A DNA stretch of 62,740 nt, counting the filler, from Sphacelaria rigidula (Eukaryota): assembly GCA_964200075.2 (NCBI GenBank). It is 11 parts of 11 records of this genome, joined end to end, with 100 filler letters (N's around TTAATTAATTAA, not from the genome) between each part and the next. Parts side by side here need not be neighbours in the genome. Positions count along the whole stretch, not along the records: positions 34,279 to 39,891 come from CAXNAA020025861.1; positions 39,992 to 45,604 come from CAXNAA020025862.1; positions 45,705 to 51,316 come from CAXNAA020025863.1; 8 more parts are not named here. The stretch is one strand, 5' to 3'. Shown piece by piece: positions 37,147 through 49,151 of the stretch (its first letter is position 1; every line of letters begins with the position of its first letter). The position numbers and the translations under genes are program-made. A model generated the notes under the pieces. The model worked only from the letters and a program-made list of their open reading frames with translations. It did not search any database and had not been told where the DNA came from.

Positions 37147-38153
37147 CTGGAGTATGACACGAGAATAAAAAGGACATCATGCTCGAGGCTGATCCCAGGG
37201 AAACAAAACCGAGAACCCGTCAATTTTCCCTCCTCCAGTTGTGAGTTTTTTTCCTCCGTCATAATTGCAGTCTCGAGGGATGAAGCTACCTCTGCTCTAG
37301 TGCAGCACATGCCTTGATTGCTGTTGGTTTGATGGGTTGTCGCACTTTTGACTTACCCCCCCCAGGGGTCATGATTCAGCCTTGGTCATTATCCAACATG
37401 ATCGACGAACAGTACCCGAGACAAGAGCAAGACTGAAACACTCGTTGAAGAATAATAAGTGACGAAAAACAGGCAAGGCAGAACACACAGACAGAGTAGA
37501 CTTCTTAGAAAGAAAAGAGAAGAGGAGAGAAGAGAAGAGAAGAGAAGAGAGAGTAATACGAAGACGTGATAAAAGAAAAAAGGTTTCAACTTGCTGTCGA
37601 GCACCGGGTCATGACCAGCACCACTCCCGCAGTCCGGCGACTCTGTTGATGGACTTTATATCATTTTTTATTGTGCCTTTGACAGAGTAGACTAAGAAAA
37701 GAAGAGAAAAAAAAGAGATAAAACAAAGACAAATGTGAATAACACTTGTGAGAACCCAGCATACCTTATAGTTCTGTCCAAGAACCTTTTATTGGTTCTA
37801 TTCATGAGAACGTTCTAGCACTGAGCAAGGTTCCTCAGACGTCCGCTAGATCTTTGGAGGGTGGTCTATTTGTCTCGGAATATCGGGACAATATCAGACC
37901 GAATATGCCCAAGAATCACAGAACGTTGTACACACCAAACCCAAGGTTATCTACACGTTGAACTGAACTCCAGGCCAATGTCTGTGGGTACATGGTTCCT
38001 TGATCCATGTCTTGTTGTCTGAGATGAGCTGCTGCATGGATAGATCGCAGATCATCCCCACCTCATCACACAATAATCACAACCACTCTTCTTCTCTCGA
38101 TCTCCACTCTGTCTGTCAAGCTCACTCGAGCTCTGTCCTGTCCACTCAACGCC

Positions 38154-38372
38154 ACCGACGTAGCTTAACTGGAGAATAGCACTTCGCGTTTCGCTTGCAT
38201 TTCGCGGAGAGTGTAAGGGTTCAAATCCCTCCGTCGGTCTGCTTATTGTAACGACTCTTGCAAAAGGCGAAAAAAAAAAATGTAACTTGCTATCCAGCAC
38301 CGGGTCATAACCAGCACCACTAGCACCACTCCCGCAGTCCGGCGACTCTGTTGACGGACTTTATATCACCCT
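38154..38372 (+). mobile_element. tRNA-derived SINE (family C) with a cloverleaf head; tail-only copy at about 37587-37663
   Basis: Acceptor stem ACCGACG/CGTCGGT, D arm GCTT..TAGC, anticodon stem CTTCG/CGGAG, T arm AGGG-TTCAAAT-CCCT. The tail AGCACCGGGTCAT..CCACTCCCGCAGTCCGGCGACTCTGTTGA.GGACTTTATATCA is duplicated. Confidence 0.7.
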
Positions 38373-38930
38373 TGTATTGTTCTCACGCTTCCGAACGACG
38401 CTGACCGGTGTAACATGTCCCATTGGGATTCAACCTGAAAACACCCAGACGAAACCCACCAAGGGTGTGTTGGATGACGTGAATACCCGGGTATCTACTC
38501 TCCCGAATTTTGTGTAATGACGACCCGATCCCCAACCTTTACCTAAATATTGGGCAGAGTTAGGTACGATCGCAACAACCTACCCAATATCTGGCTATTG
38601 TTGAGTGCGGTCTAAATAGTCTACTGGGGTTTTGGGTACATGAAAATGCAAAGTATTTTTTTTCAAATACCCAAATGTGGGTAATACCCCACCCAGCAAG
38701 TCCTTGAAAATCATCCCCCAAGCGAGCAATGGTTTCGACGATCGAGGCGTAGCGGTATGAATGATCATAGCGTGATATTTTTCTACCCATGTTTTTGCTT
38801 CCCGTGTTGTGTTCTAGACTGGGCTGCAATTTCCGTGGAATAACAGTTGTTTTGCTCTCGTCTTGCGGTACCGTTATTTCTTCCGGGGCTGTTTCTTACC
38901 GTCATGTTCCAAAGTTCAGCTACCGTATGA

Positions 38931-39307
38931 GCCGGTCGCCCCGGTGGCTCAGTGGATAACCTCGTAGCCTTCCGGCGGTTGGCACGTGGGGTCGACTCTC
39001 GATGAATTCACACAGTCTGGGGGGTTTTCCTCACTTCATCCCCAACAGTGGAGAGTGACTTTATGGTGGGTACACGAAGTTCGACATCACGGTCAACGAT
39101 GGAAAATTACCGCTGTACCCTTCTCGCGATGAAACGCAAGGCAAGCACCGCAAGATGGAGGTGCGACACTAAACCACGATCAAAACTACAAACAAGCTCC
39201 TGTGTTGATCTTCCTCCTGTGTGACCCGGGGTGATGTACCCACATTTGCCGAAAGGCGCAGACTGGCGTCCAGCATAGACGGAATCACAACACACATACA
39301 CACACAC
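38931..39307 (+). mobile_element. Full-length tRNA-SINE family A (diverged)
   Basis: GCCGGTCGCCCCGGTGGCTCAGTGG head, CCTGTGTGACCCGG body, (CA)n tail. Confidence 0.85.
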
Positions 39308-39732
39308 GACAGCACTCCACAAACCAAATAATGGTTCACATAAAAATAGATGTACGAGAAACAACATACTCCAAACGTGAGCTAATGACCGAAAGAGAAA
39401 TGAGCACAATAAGCAAGACACGCGCACACAAGCAAAAAACAGATACCCTACATAAGGACGACGCCCGCAACCCAACAAACTGTCGACAAGAAACCAAGTC
39501 TTTTTTCTTCAATCGAGGGGGAAAACGAGAGTCGATCCTGACAGAAGAGATAAACTTGAAGATCGCACGTCAATTCCTACACGAACTAACAGGTAACACT
39601 ACTGTATACAGTTCGGCACCTCCATGACAACACGCGAAAATCAAAGTGGAGTCATGGCCTGACGTACTTATCAATTGCGGGGCACGTCTGTACTCTCGAC
39701 GACCAATGATCACGAAGAACCGTGCGGTAGGG

Positions 39733-39736
<4 letters not shown>

Positions 39737-39767
<31 letters not shown>
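39737..39767. repeat. (GA)n microsatellite within a dispersed repeat
   Basis: Directly visible, just upstream of the GTACTCAT core at 39792-39865. Confidence 0.9.
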
Positions 39768-39769
<2 letters not shown>

Positions 39770-42700
39770 CTTTTCGTGTGTGGGAGAGGGCGGCAGGGGA
39801 GTACTCATTTGTTGCTTGCCTTAGTCGTGTGACTATTGACCACGCATCCTTTTCGAGACGGAGCGCGCGCGGGGGGGGGGGGGGGGGGGGGNNNNNNNNN
39901 NNNNNNNNNNNNNNNNNNNNNNNNNNNNNNNNNNNTTAATTAATTAANNNNNNNNNNNNNNNNNNNNNNNNNNNNNNNNNNNNNNNNNNNNCGAGTCGAC
40001 TCATCATACTAGAACCAAGTAATTTTCAGACGACTCATTATTTGTCCGACCCTTGAAGTATTTTTGCATGCCACTGTTCGTCCCAGGTAACGTTTGATCA
40101 CAATGTTTGTGGACCGGGAGATACTAGACATACCCTCCACATTCCGGGATTGTGGTGGTATATGACAGCGTGCGAGAATTAAACTTTCACAGTGGGATAT
40201 CACGATCGTTTCACAAACGACCGGCGGGTATGAGGAGATCCTAGTCGGAAGTGTGCTTGTGTAAAATAGAAAATGGGCTATTTGCTTGGCTGATTGGCGT
40301 TTTCATGAGTTTGTGTTTGGACATCGCCTGTGCCGGATTAGTCATATGTGGGACACGCGTGCCAACGCTTGATTGGTTGGAGGCACACGCCGGGATGAGT
40401 TTGTAATATGGCAGTTGTATGCGTGGCTACGAAAAGGATTTTGCTTAAACCTCTGGCACCCGCCCTTTCACTTGCTCCCCAGACCGATCTACAAGCATCA
40501 TTTGGATACTAGAAGAGCTTTCAATCGTCGCCCACCCCTCTGATCTCTTCATTTCTGCCTGGTGCCCAAGTCCACAGCTCGGACCACGTGGGTAGTGGAG
40601 AGTCGTGCGTATTTTATCCTTATATATACCCTTCGTTCCTGTTTTACCCTTCGATCGATTGCGACTACCTGAAAGGCTGGCTGAAATTCCTTCACAGCAG
40701 GGTCAAGTGGGCGCTTAATTTGAGAGCTTCAGAGCTAGTAGTCCAAACTGAATACAGGACCGCTCGCTAGCATTTCTCAAGGGTATGGCTTGCTTGCATC
40801 GGCGTATACGGCAGTACTGCTCTACGGCATTGCCTACACTTCTACAGAATAAGATAATATATGCGCTCATTATTGGAGGATTTATGGGCTGGTCTGTTTT
40901 CGGGAGTCGTGAGCCAGCCCTAGCTTCTAATCCTTGAATATTTTTGCTTGATCGAAGCAACTCCGATCGTTTTCGTCAACAAACGAAAATGATCGCTTGT
41001 GAAATTTCTGCGTGTTTATTGCGCCAGAGCCGAAAAACTGTGTTTTTCGGATCAGTCACGGTCGATAACACCCCCTGCTAAACAACGTACTCACTCGGTA
41101 TCACCCCGAGACGCTTTTTACGATAGCTCCCCCGCCAAGAGTACATGGTTTTCGAAGGCAAAATCTTCACATAAATCGAAATGGGAAAAGTCGAGCACAA
41201 CGAGCAGCTGAGAATTCCCACGCTTGGGTTCGTTTTCGCCAATGTCGCCAATATGAGACGCTTCATGCGGCCTGAACCCAAGCATCAGGCGCTGCATGGC
41301 CATTTTTTCTGCGACACTTTTGGGCTGGTTTTGGGGGGAGGGGGGGGGGGTATCGTAGAAAGTGTCCCGACAACACCAAGGGAGGACTGTGCTCTCAGCA
41401 CGACCTGCTTCTCTTCTCAATATGAATCGACGCTAGGACTTCTAAGCGCCAAGTGTAATATGGGAAGGCTCCACACACCTTCCTAGATGAGTGTTTATCA
41501 ATGTGCTGCAAGCTGGGTGAAATGCACAAGGTGCAATGCTGTATCCGAGCAGAACAAGCTGCAGACATGTGTTTCACACGCACAGGTTCACGTGACTGTT
41601 GGTCAACAGTAGCAAACAAACAAAGGAGCTCGAAGGCTTGGTATCTTGTTACTCTCGGCTATTATTCTCTTGCTCGCCTAGCGTACTGTCCTCACCGAGG
41701 GTAAACAGTAAGAGCAGATGGTCCAGCTCAGAGAGTGATCGAGGGTGCAAGTAACACAGCCTCTCTGATCTAGCCCCGAGAAGGCGTTCTTCCTTCTCGG
41801 GGCTAGGGTGCACAAGTCTGCATGCCAACCTTCCCCAAAACTATGGGAGAATTCCCATGAACAGATCGAATGATCTGTAAGTCAACCTGCCCCAAAACTG
41901 TCTGAAGGAACAAATACCGCCTCTCTATCTTCCTTCCTCATGACACTCACCCACCCAGACGAACTTCTCTTTGAGTTGCGATGAAATTTCAGGAGCAACT
42001 AAAATTGAGGCTTATCTCACCCATCAAGTCATGAGGAGACAGCGCGAAAAAAAACAAGAGGGCAATGACCAGCCCGCGCCCGATACTTCCACCCAAACGA
42101 AAAAACCAAAGGTGCCTCAAAAAGCGCAATCACGAAATTGCGGTTGACTGCGCAGTAGCACACAATGCTGCTGCGAGCTAGCGAACAGACCGGAAAAAGC
42201 ACACAATGCTTTGATGCGCTAGCTAGATAAAAAGCGAAGGAAAACCTCGCAAAGGACACAGTGGCAATCTCAAGCAGGGAAACAAAAACTCAAAGACCCG
42301 AATAGGGTCGAGTGCCAGCCGGACAAAGTGATGGCAGCGTAGAGGCCAATGGAAGGGGGCGAAGAAGATCCAAAGAAAGGCGTCGAAGGGGTCAATAAGG
42401 GCAGAGATGAGCCGTGATAGGAGAGCCATAGTAGGTGAAGCAGTGAAGAGAAGAGCGTACCTGAATGGGGATAAGGGAAGTACCAGAACCAAACTGGGAG
42501 GGGAGAGAAAAATCGCGATAAAGGGAGTGCAAAGAGATAGGACTCAAGATGGTGCATTGATGTCGTTTGTACGATCGATATTGCGCTGAAGGCCTCGGCG
42601 TAGGCCGTGTGACTTGAAGAGCAGTACTACGATAGGGGTTGCACTTTTTGTTTCTGGGTCTCGTTTTTGTAGGAGCCCAAATATATGGAGCTTACTGTGC

Positions 42701-42854
42701 AGCCCAAATCTCTGGGGACAGGGCATGAAGATGCACACAGGGGCCTTTTCGTGAATCGACATCATTTTCAGTCTTTTTCAAGTGAAAATGATGCCGACTC
42801 TCAAAATGATCCGTGCAACACTCCGAGAAACATTTTCGCGTAAAAGGTGCAACC

Positions 42855-45604
42855 CTACCGCAGCATCACTCTGAAGCGTTGTGGGCACCATGAACCGCGG
42901 GGTGCGGAGGGGTTAGTCGTGTATAAATCGGGGCAAAGCTTGAGCTGAACGGGCCCAGGGTCATCGAGGAAACGCACTATGTACGTGTCGGCCGCGAGGG
43001 CATCGACGGATTGAATCTGACCTAGCCACCAGATGTAATTGCTGCCCTTATCCCACAAATAGGCACCTTCAGGGAGAGGTTATTGTTTTACGCGAATCTT
43101 TTCGTCCCATTGTTTGGTGAATACGAGTTCGTAACCATCGGCTACAAAACGTAGTCCTTTGTCACGGTGGAGTTCGCGGGCTGCAGCACCGCGTCTCATG
43201 TTGCGATATCCCTTGTTGACAGCGAGCTGTTGCTGTGGGGATTGCGTCCAATAAAGATAAATAGCACGACGGTGCAGTTGAAGGTCGGACTCGCGTTCCC
43301 AAGACGCACGCCGAAGACCTTGCCAGTGTGTCTTGTACATGGCAGCAACTTTGCCGCCAGGATCTCGAGTGATTTGGTGGCCGGAAATGTGGAACACGGC
43401 CAAGCGGAGAGCTTGTTCAGTCACGCCATCAGTGGTAACGTGGTACGGTGGATATTTTGTTGAGTAGCTGTTGAGCACGTATTCAGTGAGACATGCAGGT
43501 AGGTGTTGCGGCATATCAGCAGTGTCATGCGGGTTCGTGCAAGGCTTGCAATGATGCACAGAGACGCGAGATTTAGCGTCATGTCCCTGGAGATCACGAG
43601 GTAAATCGAGGTAGAGGAGTTTGTTGCCAACAGGCATGCCGTCAGGAGACGTTGGCGAAGGTCCTACTATGAGAGTCTTGAACGGATCCGTCCAATTAAG
43701 GGACAGTTTGGTCTTCAAGACTGTTGCATGGGCAGTACGGTCAGCGCCTTGACGGATGGTGGACAAACTGTTGTAAATCCAGACCCAATCGCCGATCTTC
43801 CAAGTAGGGCGTTTGTGCATCAAGTTGTAGAGGGCAGTATTGGATCTTTCAAGGCGTGAGGCGTTGATAGCGTGTTGTTCACGCACCAAAGTGAAAGCCT
43901 TGTGGTGACGAGCCCTGGCGAGGTCGTGGTAGGACATCTGATCCTGTTCCAGACCTTGTTGAGCATCGAAGGTGTGTCTTTCGAACACGGTGATGGGCAG
44001 ACGAGGGTAGCGTCCAAGATACAGCTCGTTGGGCAAGAGGGCTGTTGCCGCGTAGACCGAACTGTTGTAAGACAGCATGATATGCGAAAGGTGAAGATCC
44101 CAGTCATCCTGGCGGTCGTTTAAGACCATGGATAGCATTTGAGCCATAGTGTGGTTCACACGTTCAGTTCCACCGTTACCGTTAGGGTGGTGGGCGCTCG
44201 TGGCAGTTTTACGAATACCGAAGAGCTTGTACAAAGCATCCGAGAGTTCGGAGCAAAATTGTTGGCCATTGTCGGAGAGGAGCCGTTTCGGGCAGCCATA
44301 GTGCTTAATGTAGTCATGGACAAGAATGTCCGCTGTGCCGGCAGCAGTGAAATCGCTAGCAGTAACAGCGTACATAGACGCGTGACGGCTGAAGCGATCG
44401 GTGAAAAGCAGAATGTAGTTATTACCACGGTCAGTAGTGGGTAAAGGACCGAAGTAGTCAAACGATACGAAGTGACCAGGAGCGTTTGGAAGTTTCATGG
44501 AATTGACCGGCCATCGTATGGTCTGTCGAGAAGTTTTGCGAGCCTGACATTTGAAACATCGTCGGATCCAAAAGCACGCGGATGCTTCCATGCCGATCCC
44601 CCAATAAAAGCGTTCGAGGAGCGCTAACGTGCGCCTGACGCCTAAGTGGCAGGACAAATCAAAGTGACAGCCCTTCGTGACCCACGGACGCATCATGATA
44701 GGGACATAGATGCGGATAGGGGCGTCATGACGCATATGTGCCGGAGTGGCAGTTATGACTGCGGCAGCCGTGCCCAAATGGGAGTTGGGTCGGCACACAA
44801 GCAAATGGACGTCGTCGCCAGTCGCGAAGATAGTACCTTTGCGTGCAAGCTCGAGCACTTCAGAGGCGGTGGGGGCGAGTAGAGTGCCCACGGGGATCAG
44901 GATCTCAGCCGGGAAAGGAGTGGGGCAGTTAAGCCGTAAGTACCGCATTGTCGCGCGACAAAGCCGTTCCTGTTGTTGGTCGCGAGCCCAATCGCGGTGA
45001 GAGTAGCTAGCGATAAATTCTCGAAGTTGCCCTTTACCCGGAGAACCAACCAAACATGGCGGCTCAGAAAGGGGTGGCACAGGTGAGGAAGCAGGGGTGC
45101 CGACGTCAACATCTTGATCCAGAAGCGGATCTGACGCATGCGTATCGCGAGTCAGAGGCGCAGGTGCAGGGAGATTCCCAGAAGGCGGCGTGGGGGTAGC
45201 GCGAACTGGTGAACGTGATCGGCGCGTTGGGCACACAAGGGGCGCGGACTTTGTCGGTACAACACTGGGCACGCGAGCGGTTGTGGTAGGTGTTGTACGG
45301 CTTGTGGGGGCACGAGGCGGCGGCGGCGACGCAGTGCTAGAAGCGGCCGACGGCGGCGGTGGTATCACGGCACGCGAAGAATTTGCACGAGCTGCCGACC
45401 GAGAACACGTGTTGTCGAAGATGAGGAGAACAGTTGGTGGTGGCGGCGCCGAGATGTTCGCGAGAGGGCCGAAAGTGCGGAAGTCGGCAAAATCAGCAAC
45501 TGTGGGCGCTAAGCCATCCAAAACTGCATCAAACAGCCGATTTTATATTTCGGGGTTCATACAAAATATGGGGCTGAAGTGGCATATCTGTCTTGCACGG
45601 AAGA
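42855..45604 (-). mobile_element. Ty3/gypsy LTR retrotransposon pol 3' portion: P/S/T-rich linker, integrase (HHCC, DD35E, GPY/F), chromodomain-like domain and C-terminal extension; 5' part cut by the contig end
   Basis: ORF 43080-45521 contains CHFDLSCHLGVRRTL..CFKCQ, FDYFGPLP, LSDNGQQF..GTERVN (35 residues between D and E), WTDPFK and YKTHWQGLRRASWERESDL. The same frame continues past a TAA at 43080-43082 to 42855. Confidence 0.95.
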
Positions 45605-47577
45605 NNNNNNNNNNNNNNNNNNNNNNNNNNNNNNNNNNNNNNNNNNNNTTAATTAATTAANNNNNNNNNNNNNNNNNNNNNNNNNNNNNNNNNNNNNNNN
45701 NNNNTGATAGACGTACCCACGAAAAACGAAACTGAAACACGCTCTGAGAAAAAGGGGACCAGAAAAAGAAGAAGAAGGTATACCAGTAATCGGAAAGAGG
45801 AAGTTGATAGACAAAACTACCTCTGTGGCAAAGCAATCGAGAGCAGAAGTCATAAAGTGGCGCAATGTGAACTGTACAAGGAGGGGCAAAACGTGCTAGA
45901 GGGAGAAAGCGGGACGTGAACGAAGGAGGCATGAAATCGTCCGATGTATTAGCTACGTAAAATGTTTTTGCGCAGAGTATGGGATAAACGTAATGAGCTA
46001 TGGCAGAAGCGTAATGCGCGCCGGAATGTTGAAGGTGTCTCCATTACGAGTAGGAGCGGTGCTCCGTCTCGAAAGGGATGCGTGGTCAATGGTCAAACGA
46101 CGAAGGCAAGCAACAAGTGAGTACGCCCCCCCTCAGATTCGATTGCACCTGTTCTCCCAAAGGGTCTCCTTGCTGAAGATCAGACTGGATGCGTTGGTTT
46201 GGGTCTACAGAGCACGATCATTCGCCACTGTATCCAGTTCGAGGTCTGTGGGAAGAAGTAGGCGTGTCCCCCCCTGCGGAGAGCACTTCGCCTATCTTCA
46301 TTTCTTCGCTAACTGTGCGGAATGACCAGTACTCACACCTGTTACGGAAACTTGATCGGTGCTGTTCGGGCGGTCTCGGGTCTACCACTTGGGGAGCTAC
46401 GTGACTCTACTCGACAAAAAAGGTGGCGTTGATTTTCTGCGAATGGAGTACAGTACTCAAGGGGGTACGTGTAGCTCACTGTTGTTGATGACCAGAACCT
46501 GCTTTGGGTCCGTGGAGAACAGCCCAGTGTCCAGAGCCCAGCAGGACGCCCACCAGCTCCCGTTTCTCCGATTCACCCACCTGTTGACCTTACGCTACAA
46601 CCTCCCCGATATATGCTTACACTTCTTGTCTAGCAAACCGCCATTGGCTACGATCGATGGAGGCGCTGTCGATGCCCCATCTCACCCGTTATCCTGAGTT
46701 GGCTTTCGTTGCGCTTCGTGGTCGTCCCTGGAGTTTGCCATCACAGGATTCTCAAGACAAATGTACCTGGGGTGTACTTTCGTGCGTCAGGCAATGGCTC
46801 TAGCAAAAGATTTGCAAATACAAAACACCATGGATGGGCGGGGCTGTACGCTTGCAACATGAAGGTAGCAAAAACACATGGCGAAGATGGCTGTAGAGTA
46901 AAATTGCCACGGGAGTAGATAATACAAGTGAAACTGTAGAAAGAGAGGAGACAAACGGCGATAACTCAGGGGGTAACATACGGCAGATAGGGGGGCAAAA
47001 AGGGAAAGAAAAAAATGATTGAGTCGATGAAAGGAGAAAATGAGAACAATAGTGCACCGTGCGCTATGACTGCTAAATGCAGACGACGAGGGAAAGGGAT
47101 CACTAGTATAACACAGTTGATAGCGACAGAAAAAAATTCAACAGCAAAAAATACCAGCGGGAGAGGATATAAACATGGTATGATGCAATACCAACGACCG
47201 TGGAATGACTCGCGGCATTGCGCAGGCACATTCAGGGCGACAGGAGCGGGCAAAATCGAACAGCAAAAGCGGCAGGGGCGGATGGGGGGTGTAGTATTAG
47301 TGCGCGCTCTACCGATGTTCGTATGCAATTCCGAAACTTAAAAAATAAATAAAGAGGTAAAGGTAGATAAAAATATAATATAATATAACAAAACAAAATA
47401 AAATAAAATATGGGTCAATTGTGAAGGAAGGAGTCAAACGCAACGCTACAGTAGAAGCAGGGTGAACAACAGAAACGGTCAAGGCTTGAGCCACGCATAT
47501 AATAACTTTTACAACCGGTGTGTCTACTGCTGCCGATCAACGGCACTGGTTGCCCCCGATTTCCTGGCGTGAAGGAA

Positions 47578-47710
47578 CCCATGTAGTGACGGTCCTCTGA
47601 AGTGTAGTGATGGTCCCATGTAGTGTAGTGATGATCCCATGTAGTGTAGTCATGGTCCCATGTAGTGTAGTCATGGTCCCATGTTGTGTTGTGACGACCC
47701 CATATAGTGG
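47578..47710. repeat. 21-bp minisatellite (GGTCCCATGTAGTGTAGTCAT)n, about 6 degenerate units
   Basis: Directly visible; it gives the YTTWDHD and CSVVMVP pseudo-repeats. Confidence 0.9.
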
Positions 47711-49151
47711 CGATACAATGATAATGCAGTGGCGTCATGTTGTGGCGTGGAGCGGAAGCGAATCCATAGGACTTGACCCGTGCAATGACTTTCCATAATG
47801 CCGCACATCAATCAATCATACTAGGGGCCATTCGTCATTTGCCGGGTGTTGAACATGTTTCGCCGCCAGGATGACTCCAGCATATAAGCCCCGTATGTTG
47901 GTCAGAAATTCATTCGGACTCACATAGAATGATCGCACAACTGCTCGAGCAGTCCTGTTAGGTACGAAGTTGCACAGTGCAAACACGCTGCCATAGCACA
48001 CAGTACAGTGTAAACACCATGCGATCACGTACCTGGCTAATATGGTGCAAACACCATGCTAACACGTACCTGGCCAACATGGTGGGCACCTGGGCACCAG
48101 ATCTAACAGGAGCTGTTTTCTGTCACAGTACACACCTGAATGATGAACATGGGTTACCGTCTCGCAATCCCTCCAGGGGCACAGCCCCAACAACCGCCGC
48201 CCATGTGTATTTTGCGCACGCATGTTCGCCAGTTTCAGTCTCGGGACACTCCACTCTCCCGGAGTGGATCAACAGCACTCACCTCCTGCCTACGGAGCAC
48301 TTCGTACACAGCGTGCCAACTATGGGTACTGTATGGGACACATTGATCGAACGTGCGGTACTGTAAGATCCCGACCTGGACTTTTTGAATTTTGAATTTT
48401 GAAATTGTGAAAAAACAGTCCTGTGTTGTCGTGTTAGCACGGAAGGTAGCAAGCATACGCTGCAGCCAGGTGTCTCAGCTCCGTTTTGCCCAGCTGATGG
48501 TCTCTTCGAGTAACCAACAGGCATGTAAGATTCTGGCACCTAAACACGTGATCGTTGCTCAGAAGACCCCACGCTGAACAGAAAGCAGAACAGAAAGCAC
48601 GATTGATCCACTACTGTACACCGTATGCAAACACAACGCGAAACAGTGCAGCTCTACAGCGATGCGACTATGCAGTATTGCTTACATTCTCGATTGGTCA
48701 CCATGTCGTGGTCTGATCACGAGGTGATACTGGCGTCACTCTCAAAGAACACGCCCGGCCCGGGGTGACACGAGGTCAGCGGCTGGCCACATTGAACAAT
48801 CGCAGTCGAGCGGAACGAACCTTGAGCTCGTGAATAACAGACCATCGAGTCCGATAAGCACTGCACCGCAAGGCCAAGCAGGGACTCACTTTCACGTGCA
48901 GAAGAGGTGCTCTTGACTTACTTGCAGGCGAGATGTCTCCAAGTGGTGGCTGATAGCTCTGTTAGTAATTAGTCTCAGCTAGGTAGCTAAACGAGAGTTG
49001 CTGGGTGATGGAAGTTGTGGGGGCGGTGGGCTCTGGTCAAGGACGCCCGATTGGAATACAACACCAACATGCGGATGGAATGAGACCTACTGCACTTGCC
49101 ACGCATACTGCAAAACGCCTACTACACATACAGTCGATATCCGCCCTAACA

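Noticed and set aside
41770..41806. 15-bp perfect hairpin as a Helitron 3' end or terminator
   Set aside because: No CTRR terminus at the expected distance on either strand, and intrinsic terminators do not apply to nuclear eukaryotic DNA.
43167..45660. Plus-strand ORFs overlapping the integrase
   Set aside because: Antisense shadows of a GC-rich coding strand with no recognisable motifs.
46140..46330. Minus-strand QQGDPLG reverse transcriptase motif
   Set aside because: An isolated 7-aa match with stops nearby and no other RT motifs.
47578..47710. YTTWDHD repeat protein or CRISPR-like array
   Set aside because: Head-to-tail 21-bp minisatellite with no unique spacers and no splice or coding context.
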